Below are positions 24,291 through 42,324 of a stretch of DNA of 64,000 nucleotides, piece after piece. Within the stretch, counting starts at the first letter, position 1. Every line of letters begins with the position of its first letter. The stretch lies in contig NC_087453.1 in NCBI RefSeq assembly GCF_036321535.1, forward strand, positions 11,718,001 through 11,782,000, given 5' to 3'. The notes beneath the pieces were generated by a model. That model had not been told where the DNA came from. It did not search any database and saw only the letters and a list, made by a program, of their open reading frames with translations. The position numbers and the translations under genes are program-made. This DNA is from Camelus dromedarius (Eukaryota).

Positions 24291-25019
24291 TGGATGAGTG
24301 CTTTGTGCTAAATATGTGTTCAATATTGTTCTTATTTCCACTTTAATGCATTTGATAACAAAAGTAGCAAGCACCTGCGCTGTGCCAGTCCTAGGAGCTG
24401 GAAACACTGGCAGACAGTACATGGGGGTACTGCGCAGAGACCCTGGCGCCAAATGTTCACCCCAAATCCACAGTCCCTGAGGAAATGCCAAACCTCCCTC
24501 AGGGTGATTCCAGCAATCTGGAATGTCCTCTTGGGCTGGTAGCACTTTCTCGAACCCCAGTGGGAGAGGTCTCTGGGCTCTTAAGGTCTGCAAGTAGTTG
24601 ACACAGAAACAGTCGGGTGGTTCCCAAAGTGAAACCTGACAAGGAGAGGTCTTGAGATGACAGTGGGTGGAAGGGAAAGGAAAAACGTGCCTTGGGCATC
24701 GACTTTGTGAATTGCCCTGGATCTAAGGTAGTTCCTATTATCACAGCACATTTTGCTTGATGAGATAACTGAGGCTCAGGGACCGAAGTGAAGTGTCTTG
24801 CCCAGGATCTTGCAGGAAGAGATGGGTAACTGGACTCTGAACCAAGTTCCCAGCAAATCAGGGATTGTTGGGGTTGGGCCGTCTAACTTCTGCACTTTCC
24901 TCCCTCCTGATGGGCTTGGGTCCCCTACTAGTCTTGACAGCAGCTGGGCTTGTCACGGGGCTCCGTACAGCCCTCTCCGCCCTCTCTGCTGCCAGCGTCC
25001 CGCCCCATCCCTTCCCAAC

Positions 25020-25180
25020 TCCCGAGGGAGGAGGGGAGAGCGAGAGAGAGGGGGGGTCGGGGAGGCCCAGCTTTATAAAGGCGGCAGGAACAGCGCTGCC
25101 CCGCCAGACCCCGCCGCCCGGATCCCCTGCGCTGCCCGCCGCCCCCACGTGACCGAGCCGACCACCAGCTCCACCGCAGA
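25020..25180 (+). promoter_or_regulatory. PLTP: PLTP core promoter and non-coding exon 1
   Basis: G-rich tract, TATAAA at 25074-25079, donor AGA|gtaagt at 25180/25181. Confidence 0.8.
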
Positions 25181-25787
25181 GTAAGTTGGGGCGCGTCCCT
25201 ATCTACCCTCCAGACCCTCGCGCAGCCGCATGTTCTACTGAACCCGGGGTGGGGAAGAGATGCCCTGAAAGAGAGCGCTGAGATGGGGGGCACCAGATAA
25301 AATCCCGATGACAGAGATTTAGGACCTGGTGGAGCCGGCTGCACCCTCTATTCCCCCGGCGCGGGGCCTAGGAGACCGCAAGCCACCCCCCAGGAATGCG
25401 CGTGCAGCAGTTCCCATGGTAACGTGCAAGCCGCGCCCTCCCTCCGCCGAAGGAAAGGGGAGGTTGTTGTTGGGGGTGGGGGGTGTTGGTCCCCTGGAGG
25501 TCCATACTCGTCACGTGGCGGTTGCACGAGGAAACCGAGGATATTCCCTCCCTCTCCTTCGTGCCCCAAATCCTTTGGGACCCAGAGGTCACGTCACATG
25601 GCCTCTCTGAGCCTCAGTTTTCGCATTTGCCAAATAGAGGCAATGTTACTGGTTCTAAGTTCCCCGAACAGCTATCTCAAGGGTAATGATAGGGGCCAGC
25701 CCCCTATTCTGCTTGGATATCCGAGGAGTGGGTTTTAGCGGCCCAGTTGACTCCCGCGACCCCACTCCACCCCCAGGCCCACTCGCC

Positions 25788-28700
25788 ATGGCCCTCTTCG
25801 GGGCTCTCGTCCTAGCGCTGCTGGCAGGCGCTCACGCCGAGCTCCCCGGCTGTAAGATCCGCATCACCTCTAAGGCTCTGGATCTGGGTAAGGCGCGGGG
25901 GCGGGCGAGGGCCTGTGTGGGTGGAGTCGCCCCAGCCGTCAGTGCAGGATCTAAGGGTCTCACTGATACTTCAGTGAAGCAGGAGGGGCTGCGCTTTCTG
26001 GAGCAAGAGCTGGAGACCATCACCATTCCGGACCTGCGGGGCAGAGAGGGCCACTTCTTCTACAACATCTCTGAGTACGTGGGGGCGGGGCCTGGGAGGG
26101 GCGGGGCTTAGGAAATACTACTGAGTCTCGGGAGACTGGATGCCCATGTGGAATGGGGGCGTGTCCAAATCGACGAGGCAGGATTTAAACAGAATAAAGC
26201 CGGAAAAGATAAAGGCCAAGCCTGCCTTCACAGGCGGGACCAAGACAATGGGCGTGGCCTAGAAGATGTGGGTGGGACCAAAAAAAGCAAAGCCAAACCT
26301 GTGGAATTGAGGCGTGGCCAAAGAGCGACAGAGAGGCGGGGTCAAGAAACTTGACAATGGATGAGAGTGGGGTTGTCCGGCACCGGGGTGGAGCTAATGC
26401 CAGAGGTCCGAGGAACAGGAGATAAAGGCCTGTGGTTTAGGATCCTGGGGACAGGGTCTGGCATTCCCAGGCTCGGGTAGGGAGGGGAGTGCAATGAGAC
26501 TTCTAAGAGATTGGGTGAAGCTGACTTTTAACACCTGGGTCAGGAGAAGCTAATCTCTGAGCCACCCAAGTCCAACTTTTAGCCACACAAGTACAGGCTG
26601 GGCACATGAGGGGCAATGGAAGAATTCATTCCACACCACCTCAGTTTCCTCAACCTGGTCTGGAGGAGAAGGGAATTAATTTACTGTGACTGGTTGGGGT
26701 CCCCTTTTCTTGGTCCTGCATCTGACCTTGAGGCCTCCCGCAGCGTGAAGGTCACGGAGCTGCAGCTGACATCCTCAGAGCTCCATTTCCAGCCAGAACA
26801 AGAGCTGATGCTACAAATCAACAATGCCTCCTTGGGGCTGCGCTTCCAGAGACAGCTTCTCTACTGGTTCTTGTGAGGACCTGGTACTGCCGGGAGAGGG
26901 TGGATTAGGAGGGCTGAGGGTGCTGTGGAGCTGTGGGCAATCCTATAGCCTTTCTGAGCCTCAGTTTCTTCATCTGTACAATAGAGACATTCATACCCAC
27001 TTCATAAGAGTTGATGGGATTTGGTAGAATGTCTGGTAAATTGTTCCAAAGTGAAGCCTTATTAACAGGGGTCATGATGTAGCGGAGTGAGGAGGGGGGC
27101 AGTGACAACTTAATTAAGCTCCCAGCTGGAATGAACATTAACACCCCTACCCCTGCCGCAGCTATGATGGGGGCTACATAAACACCTCCGCCGAGGGCAT
27201 GTCCATCCACACGGCTCTGCAGCTCTCCCGGGATCCCACTGGCCGGATCAAAGTGTCCAATGTCTCCTGCCAGGCCTCTGTCTCCAGAATGCATGCAGTC
27301 TTTGGGGGAACCTTCAAGTAAGCCCCATCCCCAACCCCAGTGCTCCCCACTTGAGCCCCACAGCCCCTTTGCCTAGTGCAATGCAAAATGCACAAGCTTG
27401 GGAGTCAGACTAGCTGAGTCCAAATCTCAGCACCACCACTTCCTGGCTGTGTGACCTTGGACAAGTCACTGAAGCTCTAAGATGGGGATGGTAATAGAAC
27501 CTATTTTATAAGATGTTGGTTGTGAGGAGTGTTTGTGTTAATCTAGGTAAAAATATTTAGGAAAGTACCTCGCATATAATACGCAACTAGCCACTTAAGA
27601 TAAGAATAATTGTGAGGACTAGTGTTTACAGTGGGCATGCACTGGGTTCTCAGTAATTCGTAGCTCTTACTACAACTAATAAAAATAGTCACATAGTTCT
27701 AGGTTTAGGGCTGAGAAGGGGACTTTGTGCTGGTTCTGGAAAAGGGTAGGGGAGAGAAGATGGTGGATTTATTATCTGGTGTTGGTACACTGTCAATTAT
27801 TTTATTTATTTAGCGAACAAAGTGTATGCCAGGCCCTGAGGACTCAGAAAGGAGCTTAAAGCCTGGCTGGAGGGACAAAACATTTGTCGTCAGGGCTTTG
27901 AAAAAGGGACCAGGAAAGTACTCTGGGGAGTTCAAAGAAGAGTAATCTGGCAGGACTGCCTGAAAGAGGAAGCATCTGTGCCCAGACAGGGGGAAATACA
28001 GGGTAGGAGCATTGAAGGTGGGAGGGAGGGCATGAATAAGCACATAGAGGTGAGGGCGCTCAGAGTAAGTTTGAGGAACTCTGCTTAGATTAATTTGGTT
28101 GGTGTGGGGCAGGGATAGGAAAAGTCTTGAGAATCAGCCTGGAGAAGGGGATTTGAGCCCAAGTCATGGAAAACATCTATTAAAGAGGTAGTAATTTAAG
28201 TTGAAATGGAGGTATTTAGCCCCAGCCCCAACCATCTCCAGTCACTGTGATTTCTCCCAGACCTGGGTTGGTGTAGGGACAGGGGATGGGCTCACCTGGC
28301 CTCTCCTCTCCTCACAGGAAGGTATATGAATTCCTCTCCACATTTATCACCTCAGGAATGCGCTTCCTCCTCAACCAGCAGGTATGGGCCGAGGCAGGTT
28401 GGGGGCGAGCTGCTGGGGCCAGCGGGGGTGGGCATGCCCTCTCTTTGGAAGACCTTGACTCTGGCCCCCACCTACCAGATCTGCTCCGTGCTCTACCACG
28501 CAGGGACAGTGCTTCTCAACTCCCTTCTGAACACGGTGCCTGGTGAGTTGGCACCGCTGCGGGGCTGGGAGGTCTGGGCCCTGGCCCTGGAGCTGGAGTA
28601 GGGGTGGGGAGGAGGCCGGGTGAGCGCTGTCACGTAGCACCAGAGTTGGCCCCTTCCAAGCCCTGCCATGCAACAGCCCTGGGTTCAAATGTGGCCTCTG

Positions 28701-31700
28701 CCACCAATTTCCTGTATGTCTGGAAGTAAGTACTCCTCTTACTTCCTTGGTTTCCTTGCTTGGCTGATGCCACTTCCACTGGGGTTGCTCTGAGTGTTAA
28801 CTAAGGGCGTGGTTGTCAAGATCCTTAATATGTGATTGCTGTTGGGGCCTCATTTGGGTTCATCACCTGGCACTTAATAGGTGCTCAATTAAGGTGAATT
28901 CTCTTGTCTGTGTTCATCACCTGGTACTCAGTAGGTAATTAATGTGGGTTCCCTTTTCTTAAGCTGTGAGCTAGATCGTCACTCCGCATACATAGGGCAC
29001 AGGATGGGAAAGAGAAGGCAGGGGAAACCAATGAAAGAAGGGACTCCCTTGCCATCTTGTTTAGTGACTTGATGAGATCTCTGTAGTAGTAGTAGTAGTA
29101 GTAGTAGTAGTAACAACAATGACAACAACAACAATAATAATAGCTAACATTGTTGAGCACTTATGGCACACGAGGCACTAAGTGCTTTCCACAGAAAACC
29201 ACTTTGATCATCATAACAACCCTGTGAAGGGAGTATTATAATCACCATTTTATGCACAAGCAACTGAGGCCCAGAGAGCTTAAGAACCTTGCCCAGCATC
29301 ACACAGCTTTGAGTGACTCGAGCCCCTCCCTGCAGTGCGCAGAGCTGTGGACAAGCTGGTCGGCATTGACTACTCCCTCCTGAAGGACCCTGTGGCCTCC
29401 ACCAGCAACCTGGACATGGACTTCCGGGTGAGCTGCCCAGCTGGTGTGTGTAACCAGAACCCCCTTCTCCCCGAGGTTGCTGGTTTTAGTCCCCTAAAGC
29501 AAAGCTCTGATGCAGCCAATCCATTGCTGGGGATGCTCTGGCTCCCCGTTGCCTACAAGATTAGGCTCAACTCCTGGGTGTGGTATTTGAGCCTTAGTTA
29601 AATCTTGTCTGGCCCCGAATCTCTAACTTCATCCTGTTCCTCTGCAGCTACTCTTTTCCAAACATGCCCTTCACTTCCTACCTCAGGGCCTTTGCTCATG
29701 CACTGTCTTCCCCTATCTCCCCTGAAGGAATTAAATATTCAGCTCTATGCACATAATCTTATTTCATCTTTTCACAACCCCATAAGTCTGGTACTGACGT
29801 TATGCTCATTTTAGGGATGTGGAGACCTGCTCGGGGAGGTGATGTCACTTGTCCAAGGCTGCACAGCTAGTTATGTGGCCATTACCATTGCTCCTCCCAG
29901 TGGACTGGAGCAGTTTCAGAGCACAGACTCTGGAGCTAGAATACCTGAAGGTCAGCTCTGCCACTCTCTAGCTGTGTGATCTTAAGCCAGTGGCTTAACC
30001 TCTCTGTGCCTGTTCCCTAATATGTAAATAGAAATAATACAGTAAGAAGACATACCTCCTGGAGAATTGCGGATTAAAGGAGTTTGTCTAGGTAAGGGGC
30101 ACGGAAGAATTGCTATGTATACGTAACCACCAGCTACGATCATTGCTGCCATCTAGCTTTCAAGGCCCACTCAAATGCCACCTCCTCCTTGAATCCTTTC
30201 CTGAATCTCCTTTCTCCAGTTTGATGGAATTGCTCCTTTCTATGCTTTTTAAGAAAATACCTGGTTGGGGATGGGGTAATAGCTCAATAGCTCAGTGGCA
30301 GAGCGCATACTTAACCTGCATAGGGTCTTAGGTTCAATCCCCAGTACCTCCATTAACAACAAAAAGTACCTGTTGAGTCCCCCAAGGATAGCAGCTGGGT
30401 CCAAACTGACGCAGGACCTGGAGACGTCTGGGTGCTGGGCCAGTCTGCCTTGCCCCTGACCCTGATCCCCCAACCCCAGGGGGCCTTCTTTCCCCTGGCC
30501 GAGGGAAACTGGAGCCTGCCCAACCAGGCGGTGGAGCNNNNNNNNNNNNNNNNNNNNNNNNNNNNNNNNNNNNNNNNNNNNNNNNNNNNNNNNNNNNNNN
30601 NNNNNNNNNNNNNNNNNNNNNNNNNNNNNNNNNNNNNNNNNNNNNNNNNNNNNNNNNNNNNNNNNNNNNTGTTTGTGGGATGGGAAAGAGGAGGGCCTGG
30701 GATGGAGCTCCTGCCTTACCCTCAATTCCCCTGTCCAGGTGCCCCACGATCTGGACATGCTGCTGAGGGCCACCTACTTTGGGAGCATCGTCCTACTGGT
30801 GAGTGTTGGCGGGAGGTAGGAACGTGGCCAGTCTTCCTATTTGTGTCTCTGGGCTCCCTGAGGGTAGAGTCTGAGTCACCCCCTCCACCCCGGGGACTCA
30901 CCAGGGAACAGACCTGGGACTTAACCCGCCCTCCCTGTTCTGTCCCCAGAGCCCAGCAGTGATCGACTCTCCGCTGAAGCTAGAGCTGCGAGTCATAGCG
31001 CCACCTCGCTGCACCATCAAGCCCTCTGGCACCACCATCTCCGTCACTGCCAGTGTCACCATCGCCTTGGTCCCACCCAACCAGCCTGAGGTCCAGCTGT
31101 CCAGCATGACCATGGTGCGGGCACCAGAGTGGGGACTGCGGAGGGTTGGGGAGAGGTGGGCTGCAGACCCTTTGGGTCAGTAACACCGCCCTCCCCACTT
31201 GCCTACACAGGATGCCCGTCTCAGCGCCAAGATGGCACTCCGGGGGAAGGCGCTGCGCACACAGCTGGACCTGCGCAGGTGGGCAGGTGTCTGAAGGTCT
31301 AGGGCCAGCCCGTAACCTCTCTGAGCCTCAGTGTCTTCAGGATAATCACAGCTGCCCAACAATCCTGGGGAGCTAAAATTCAGTCCTACCTATAAGCCAC
31401 TGGAGAGCTGGGGTCTTTGTCAAGGCATAAAAAGTGCTTCATCATAGTATAACTTTTCTGCCTTCTCTCCACCCAGAGGCAGGCAGAGCAGAGATGAGAC
31501 ATGTCCGTAGTCACAGCAAAGCACATGAGAACAGATTTTGGTACAGCTCAGCTTTGTGATCTTAAGACAACTCATTTTACCTTTCTAAGCTTCATTTTCT
31601 TCACGTTCTAAATATAGATAATAGCATCTATAGTAGTTTCTCAGGCTGTGCTGTCCAGTGTGGCAGACACATGTGGCTACTTACCTGTCACTAATTATAA

Positions 31701-33233
31701 TTCGGGAGTTCCTCAGGTGCACATTTCTGTGACCACATGGAGCTAGTGGCTATTGTGTGGGCGGTGCAGATACAGAATGTTTTACAGAAAGTTCTATTGG
31801 ACAGCGTTGTTCTGGGGTTAAATGACATAATGCAGGGTTGTGGTTAAGAGCCTAGATTCGAGAGACAGGTTCTGCAATTTATGAGCTAAGTGACCTCATG
31901 CAAATTACTTAGTCTCTCTGGGCCTCATATGCCTCATCTATAAAGTGCAAATCCTAAAAGTGCCTACTTAGGGTTGTTATGAGGCTTAAATCAGGTGGCC
32001 TTTTAAAATATTTTAATATTTAACCTTTTTTTTTTTTTAACATGCATAGTATCTGGCAGGGAGTAAGCACTGTAAGTTTTGCTAAAGAAAAACAAACAAC
32101 ACTGGTAAAGCTGCCAGCAGAAGACTGGCATATAGGAAGTGGGCCACGAATAAAAGTAGGTGACTTGGAGAATAGGTGGTCCAAAGAGGGAGAAATGACT
32201 CACCCAAGGTTACACACCTGGCAAGTGGTAGAATGCCCTGGAAAGGTGTGTGGGAGGAGCATGTGGGACTGAAACTCTGGAGGGGAGGCCTGGGTGGCCT
32301 GGGGAAGGGGGTGCTTGCAGGGCTCCTGCCCACTGGACCCTTCCTTCTCTCCCATAGGTTCCGAATCTACTCGAATCAGTCTGCGCTGGAGTCGCTGGCA
32401 GTGAGTTGAGAATGGGGGTTGGGCAGCGGAGGCAGGCCCACCCCCTACTTGCTGCCCTGACTTCAGACCTCCTCCCTCCCAGCTGATCCCGCTGCAGGCC
32501 CCTCTGAAGACTATGCTGCAGATTGGGGTGATGCCCATGCTCAATGGTAGGGGTGGGGGATGTGAAGAGGGAGGGGGAAAGGACAGGGGAGCTGGGTGGG
32601 TCCAGACTGAGCCGGCTGTTCCCACCCACAGAGCGGACCAGGCGTGGGGTGGAGATTCCACTCCCTGAGGGTATCAACTTTGTGCGTGAGGTGGTGACGA
32701 ACCACGCGGTGAGTAATGGCGCGATAGGGAAGGAGGGCAGAGCCTGCCCCTCCTCTACAGCTCTCCAGTTGCCCCTTCTCATTTTAATCTTAATCAGACT
32801 CCTCCAGCCCCTTTGCACAGGCTGTGTCCTCACCTTGGACCACGCTTCCCTGACTCCACCCCCAATGTCTACTAATCTTTCCGGTCTTAGCTAAGAGCTC
32901 ACCTCCTCCAGGAAGCCCTCCTTGACCTCTACAGGCTGTGCTCCTGCAGCCTCTATTTCAGTACCCTTCACAGGGAGTTCTAAGAACTGTTTTGCTGTTC
33001 TGTCTCTCCCACTTGATTGAGGCCTAGGACTCAGTCTCTATCTCTAAACTCTGGTCTCAGTAACGGAATGAACAGCCTCCCTTCTCTGCCCTCCTGCACA
33101 GGGCTTCCTCACCATCGGGGCCGATCTCCACTTTGCCAAAGGGCTGCGAGAGGTGATTGAGAAGAACCAGCTTACTTACACCAGGGACCCCCAGGCATCC
33201 AGTGCCCCATCCCCATCCACGGCAGCTGTCTGA
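25788..33233 (+). CDS. PLTP: Phospholipid transfer protein (BPI/LBP/CETP family), 496 aa
   Basis: Coding exons 25788-25887, 25975-26074, 26744-26872, 27162-27317, 28318-28381, 28479-28542, 29336-29427, 30480-about 30656 (end in N-gap), 30739-30798, 30950-31114, 31211-31278, 32358-32400, 32483-32546, 32632-32708, 33102-33233. Signal peptide MALFGALVLALLAGAHA; ends SPSTAAV*. Confidence 0.97.
29083..29142. repeat. Compound trinucleotide microsatellite (GTA)n/(CAA)n/(TAA)n
   Basis: gtagtagtagtag...aacaacaatgacaacaacaacaataataat in the PLTP intron between exons ending 28542 and starting 29336. Confidence 0.9.
30267..30366 (+). mobile_element. Camelid-type tRNA-derived SINE
   Basis: ggggatggggtaatagctcaatagctcagtggcagagcgc...ggttcaatccccagtacctcc with an A-rich tail. 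Confidence 0.8.
31642..31808. mobile_element. MER3-like hAT MITE
   Basis: gctgtgctgtccagt...agaaagttctattggacagcg with inverted termini. Confidence 0.6.
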
Positions 33234-33371
33234 GCCCTCATCTGCCACCCTGGCAAGCTGCATTCAGGACTCCAGTGCCTCTCATCCCCTCCCTCACCCC
33301 CTCACAGCCTTTAGTGTCCTCTCTAACCCCCCCGAGTGCCACAGAGAAGACGGGTTTTAAGCCTTACCCAA

Positions 33372-33377
33372 TTTAAT
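33372..33377 (-). terminator. Probable CTSA polyadenylation signal ATTAAA
   Basis: tttaat on the + strand, about 350 nt past the CTSA stop. Confidence 0.55.
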
Positions 33378-33522
33378 TCCATAATCACAGTCAGTTCATC
33401 AATTACAGTCCTTCCACCCTCCCAGTGGGCTGTCCTGAGCTCTCTTGTGTTCCTAGAATGCAGATCAGTGCGCTGAGAGCAATCTTAAAGCAAAGAAGAG
33501 GCCAGGCCCCACCCCAGCCAGG

Positions 33523-33528
33523 AATAAA
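33523..33528 (+). terminator. Probable PLTP polyadenylation signal AATAAA
   Basis: First AATAAA after the PLTP stop codon. Confidence 0.65.
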
Positions 33529-33724
33529 GTGCGAATTTCCCCCCAGACCATCTATGTGAGGCCTTGGGGCCACGTCTGGGATGCACAGGGCAATGGAGGT
33601 GGGGTGGGAGCAGTTCTGGAAGCCGAGACCTGCCCCACAGGGGCATTCTGCATAGAGAAGACCCCCTAGCAGGAGAGGATGGGGAAGTCTGGACCCGGCA
33701 GTGAGGCGCTGGGCCCCGTAGTCA

Positions 33725-39266
<5,542 letters not shown>

Positions 39267-39271
<5 letters not shown>

Positions 39272-39440
39272 GTGTATTCCGAGTCACGTGTGATATGGCG
39301 TCACGTGACAGTCTTCCTCCCGCCCTTCTGCGGTCTCTGCGGACCCGGCGCAAGGAGGGGGCGGTGGCAGCGGCAGTTCAAGCCGGGTGAAGGTCCGCAG
39401 GCCTCACAGGTCGTATCCCGCGAGCCGGCGATCACATGAC
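39267..39440. promoter_or_regulatory. CLEAR/E-box cluster in CTSA-NEURL2 bidirectional CpG promoter
   Basis: GTCATGTG at 39267-39274, GTCACGTG at 39283-39290, perfect GTCACGTGAC at 39300-39309, TCACATGAC at 39432-39440. Confidence 0.8.
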
Positions 39441-39636
39441 CCAGGTGTGGACGGCCAGGATCCCCCAGACTCCCGGGCGCCCTGTTCTAGGCTGGATGGC
39501 TGAGCCAGCGGCGCTAGGACCCCCAGGCTGAGCCTCGGGGAAGGGAGTCAGGGGGGCAATACCTTACGTGGTCACCCTGTGAGCCTGCTGCCCAAAATAG
39601 CCCCCGGCGCTGGCTGGCCTGCCTCATGGCCGGGAG

Positions 39637-41252
39637 ATGGCTGCTGTCTCCGACCCTGTGGAACTGGGTGCGCCCTGGGGACCCGTGCGCTCCGAGCCCC
39701 CTCCCACCCGCTTCCACCCAGTGCACGGTGCCAACATCCGCGTGGACCCCTCGGGGACGCGGGCCACTCGCGTGGAGAGCTTCGCCCACGGCGTGTGCTT
39801 CAGTCGCGAGCCGCTGGCCCCCGGCCAGGTATTCCTGGTGGAGATCGAGGAGAAAGAGCTGGGTTGGTGCGGGCACCTGCGTCTCGGCCTAACGGCTCTG
39901 GACCCCGCCAGTCTGACCATCGTGCCCGAGTTTTCGCTGCCCGACTTGGTCAGCCTCGGCCACACCTGGGTCTTCGCCATCACGCGTCATCACAACCGTG
40001 TGCCCAGGGAAGGCCGCCCGGAGGCGGAGGCAGCGGCCCCCAGCCGACCTCCAGCCCTTCTGATGGAACCGTATTTGTGCATTGAGCAGTATCGCATTCC
40101 CCGCGACCGCCTGGTGGGCCGCAGCCGGCCCGGGCTGTACAGCCACCTCTTGGACCAGCTCTATGAACTGAACGTGCTGCCTCCGACCGCGCGCCGTAGC
40201 CGTCTGGGCGTTCTCTTCTGCCCGCGTCCAGACGGCACGGCTGACATGCACATTGTCATCAACGGCGAGGACATGGGCCCCAGCGCCCGGGGGCTACCAG
40301 CCACCCAGCCCCTCTACGCAGTGGTGGACGTCTTTGCCTCCACCAAGAGCGTGCGTCTGGTCCAGCTCGAGTACGGTTGTAGGTATCCCACCCCCTGGGC
40401 AGCGACCCCTTCTGGCCCAGCCACTGGACAGGAACCTGCTAGAACTCTCAAGGCCTTGGTCTGTCCAGCATTACTGTAGAAGTTGGGGAATCTGACTTCA
40501 GGTTCTGCCTCTACTTGTGATCTTGGACAAGTCACTCCCTGGCTCTGGACCTCAATTTACCCATCTTGGCTGTGATTGATTAGGATGCCCTCTAACTTCT
40601 CTTCTGGCTTTGCCAATATTCTCTTTATTAACCTAGGGCATGGATTCTAAACCGATTTTAAATTTTGGTCCTCTTTGAGAATTATGTGCTCTTTTATTAG
40701 ACAAATGCTCATAGATTTGGGCACACCAGCTGGAAGGCATCACTGACCCCAGATGGGAGCTTCTTAATCCTGAGGTCGGGTCCATGATAGCCCTATTAAG
40801 CCCTTTATTTATATCTATGATCACATTTTATGAATTCAGTGAACTGGAATCCACTCTGTGTCAGATCTGTGCTGGAGGTTGGGGTCGCACAGGAGCTGCT
40901 AAGTGAGCATGCGGGCTGCTCTCAAAGAAACAGGGCTGCGGCATTATGAACGTGTTGCAAAAGAGGTGCTTATCTCAATTACATGAAGAGCCCTGTGCCA
41001 GGCTGAGCCTGGAGGCCAGAAGGGACTTGCCCAAGTTAACAACAAAAGGGAGGGGACCAAGACCTAGATCTTCGGGGCCTCAGCCTCAGCCCCCACCCTC
41101 CTGTTCATTTTGCCTTTGACAGCTTTCTTTTCACAGTGCCATCCCTGCAGACTCTGTGCCGCCTGGTGATCCAGAGGAGCGTGGTGCACCGGTTGGCCAT
41201 TGATGGGCTCCACCTGCCCAAAGGACTTAAGGATTTCTGCAAGTATGAGTGA
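39637..41252 (+). CDS. NEURL2: Neuralized E3 ligase 2 (Ozz), NHR domain plus SOCS box, 285 aa
   Basis: Exon 39637-40378 (GGT T|gtaggt) joins 41137-41252 (LPSLQTLCRLVIQRSVVHRLAIDGLHLPKGLKDFCKYE*, the SOCS box). AATAAA at 41352-41357. Confidence 0.96.
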
Positions 41253-41479
41253 AGGCCTGCAGCCACCCTGAAACAGGGCCATGAGAATGCTTCCTGGCCC
41301 TAGCACTGTGGCTGGTCTGAAGCTGGCCATACTGCTACCAGCCAGGATGGAAATAAACACAGCCGATGCTGACACTGATCCTTGCAGGGTCTCCTTGCCC
41401 TTGAAGCCTGTGAGAGGCACTTCTTTTACAATACTAGGGGTCAGTAGGTCAGAGCAACAGAGAGCATTTTGACATCACT

Positions 41480-41840
41480 TAGACCAGGGGTTCCTAGCCT
41501 CGCTACTCATTATCTGGGATACTTAGAGTGCTGATGCCCCGGATCCCATCTCCAGAGATTATCATTTGATTTACTGAAGAATTAGGGCTAGACGTTGTTT
41601 TTGTAAAAGCTCCCCTAGAAAGTCTAAGGTACAGCCAGGGTTGAGAAGCATGTCCCTAGAACAAGATCTCAACTTTGGCACACATTATAACCACTTGAGG
41701 AACTTTGAAAAATACTGATAACTGGGTCTGCCCCTGGGATTCTGATTTAAATGTTCTGGGATAAGGCTGGGCATCAGGATTTCTAAAAGCTCCCAAGAGA
41801 ATCTAACTTGCAGCCCAGTGTGAGAACCAGTGCCCTAGAC
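41480..41840. mobile_element. Cluster of MER5-like MITE fragments
   Basis: Repeated motifs gattctgatttaa...ctggg, aaaagctccc...agccaggg/cagtg. Confidence 0.55.
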
Positions 41841-42324
41841 CAACTACTTCATTTCACGGATTGGTAACTGATGCCCAGAGATGGGAATGTATTTGTCCAA
41901 GGTCACACAGCAAATGAATGAATGCAGAATATTCCTTCTCACACTACAGGGCACAAAGCACTAGGCTCCTTTATTTGTATCTCTAATCACTTGCTTCCAT
42001 ACAAAGGATTTCATTCGATCCTCATAACTTCTGGTGAGGTAGTGGGCAGTCACTACCCTCATCTTACAGACAAGGACATCAAGGAATAAAACTGTCCAGG
42101 TGACTTGCCCAAGGTAAAGGCAAGAACCTAGAATGCCCAGGTCCTGGTCCAGCACTCTTTTAACCCCACCCATTGTCATATATAGGTTCTAGAATGAACA
42201 GGCAATTCTGTGAGGTGGGTTCCAGGTGTAAAAGGGAGGGACTATGAGGTAACATTCTAGAAGGGTGGAGAAGGTAGGACAAGAGGCAGACTGTTCCCTC
42301 ACAAACAGGAGCTTTGGGGCAGCC

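Noticed and set aside
28939-29160. ORF with poly-Cys/poly-Tyr
   Set aside because: It is the translation of the (GTA)n/(CAA)n microsatellite.
30267-30366. tRNA-like A and B boxes as tRNA genes (also 50869-50983)
   Set aside because: No intact cloverleaf or anticodon arm; A-rich tails and TSDs indicate SINEs.
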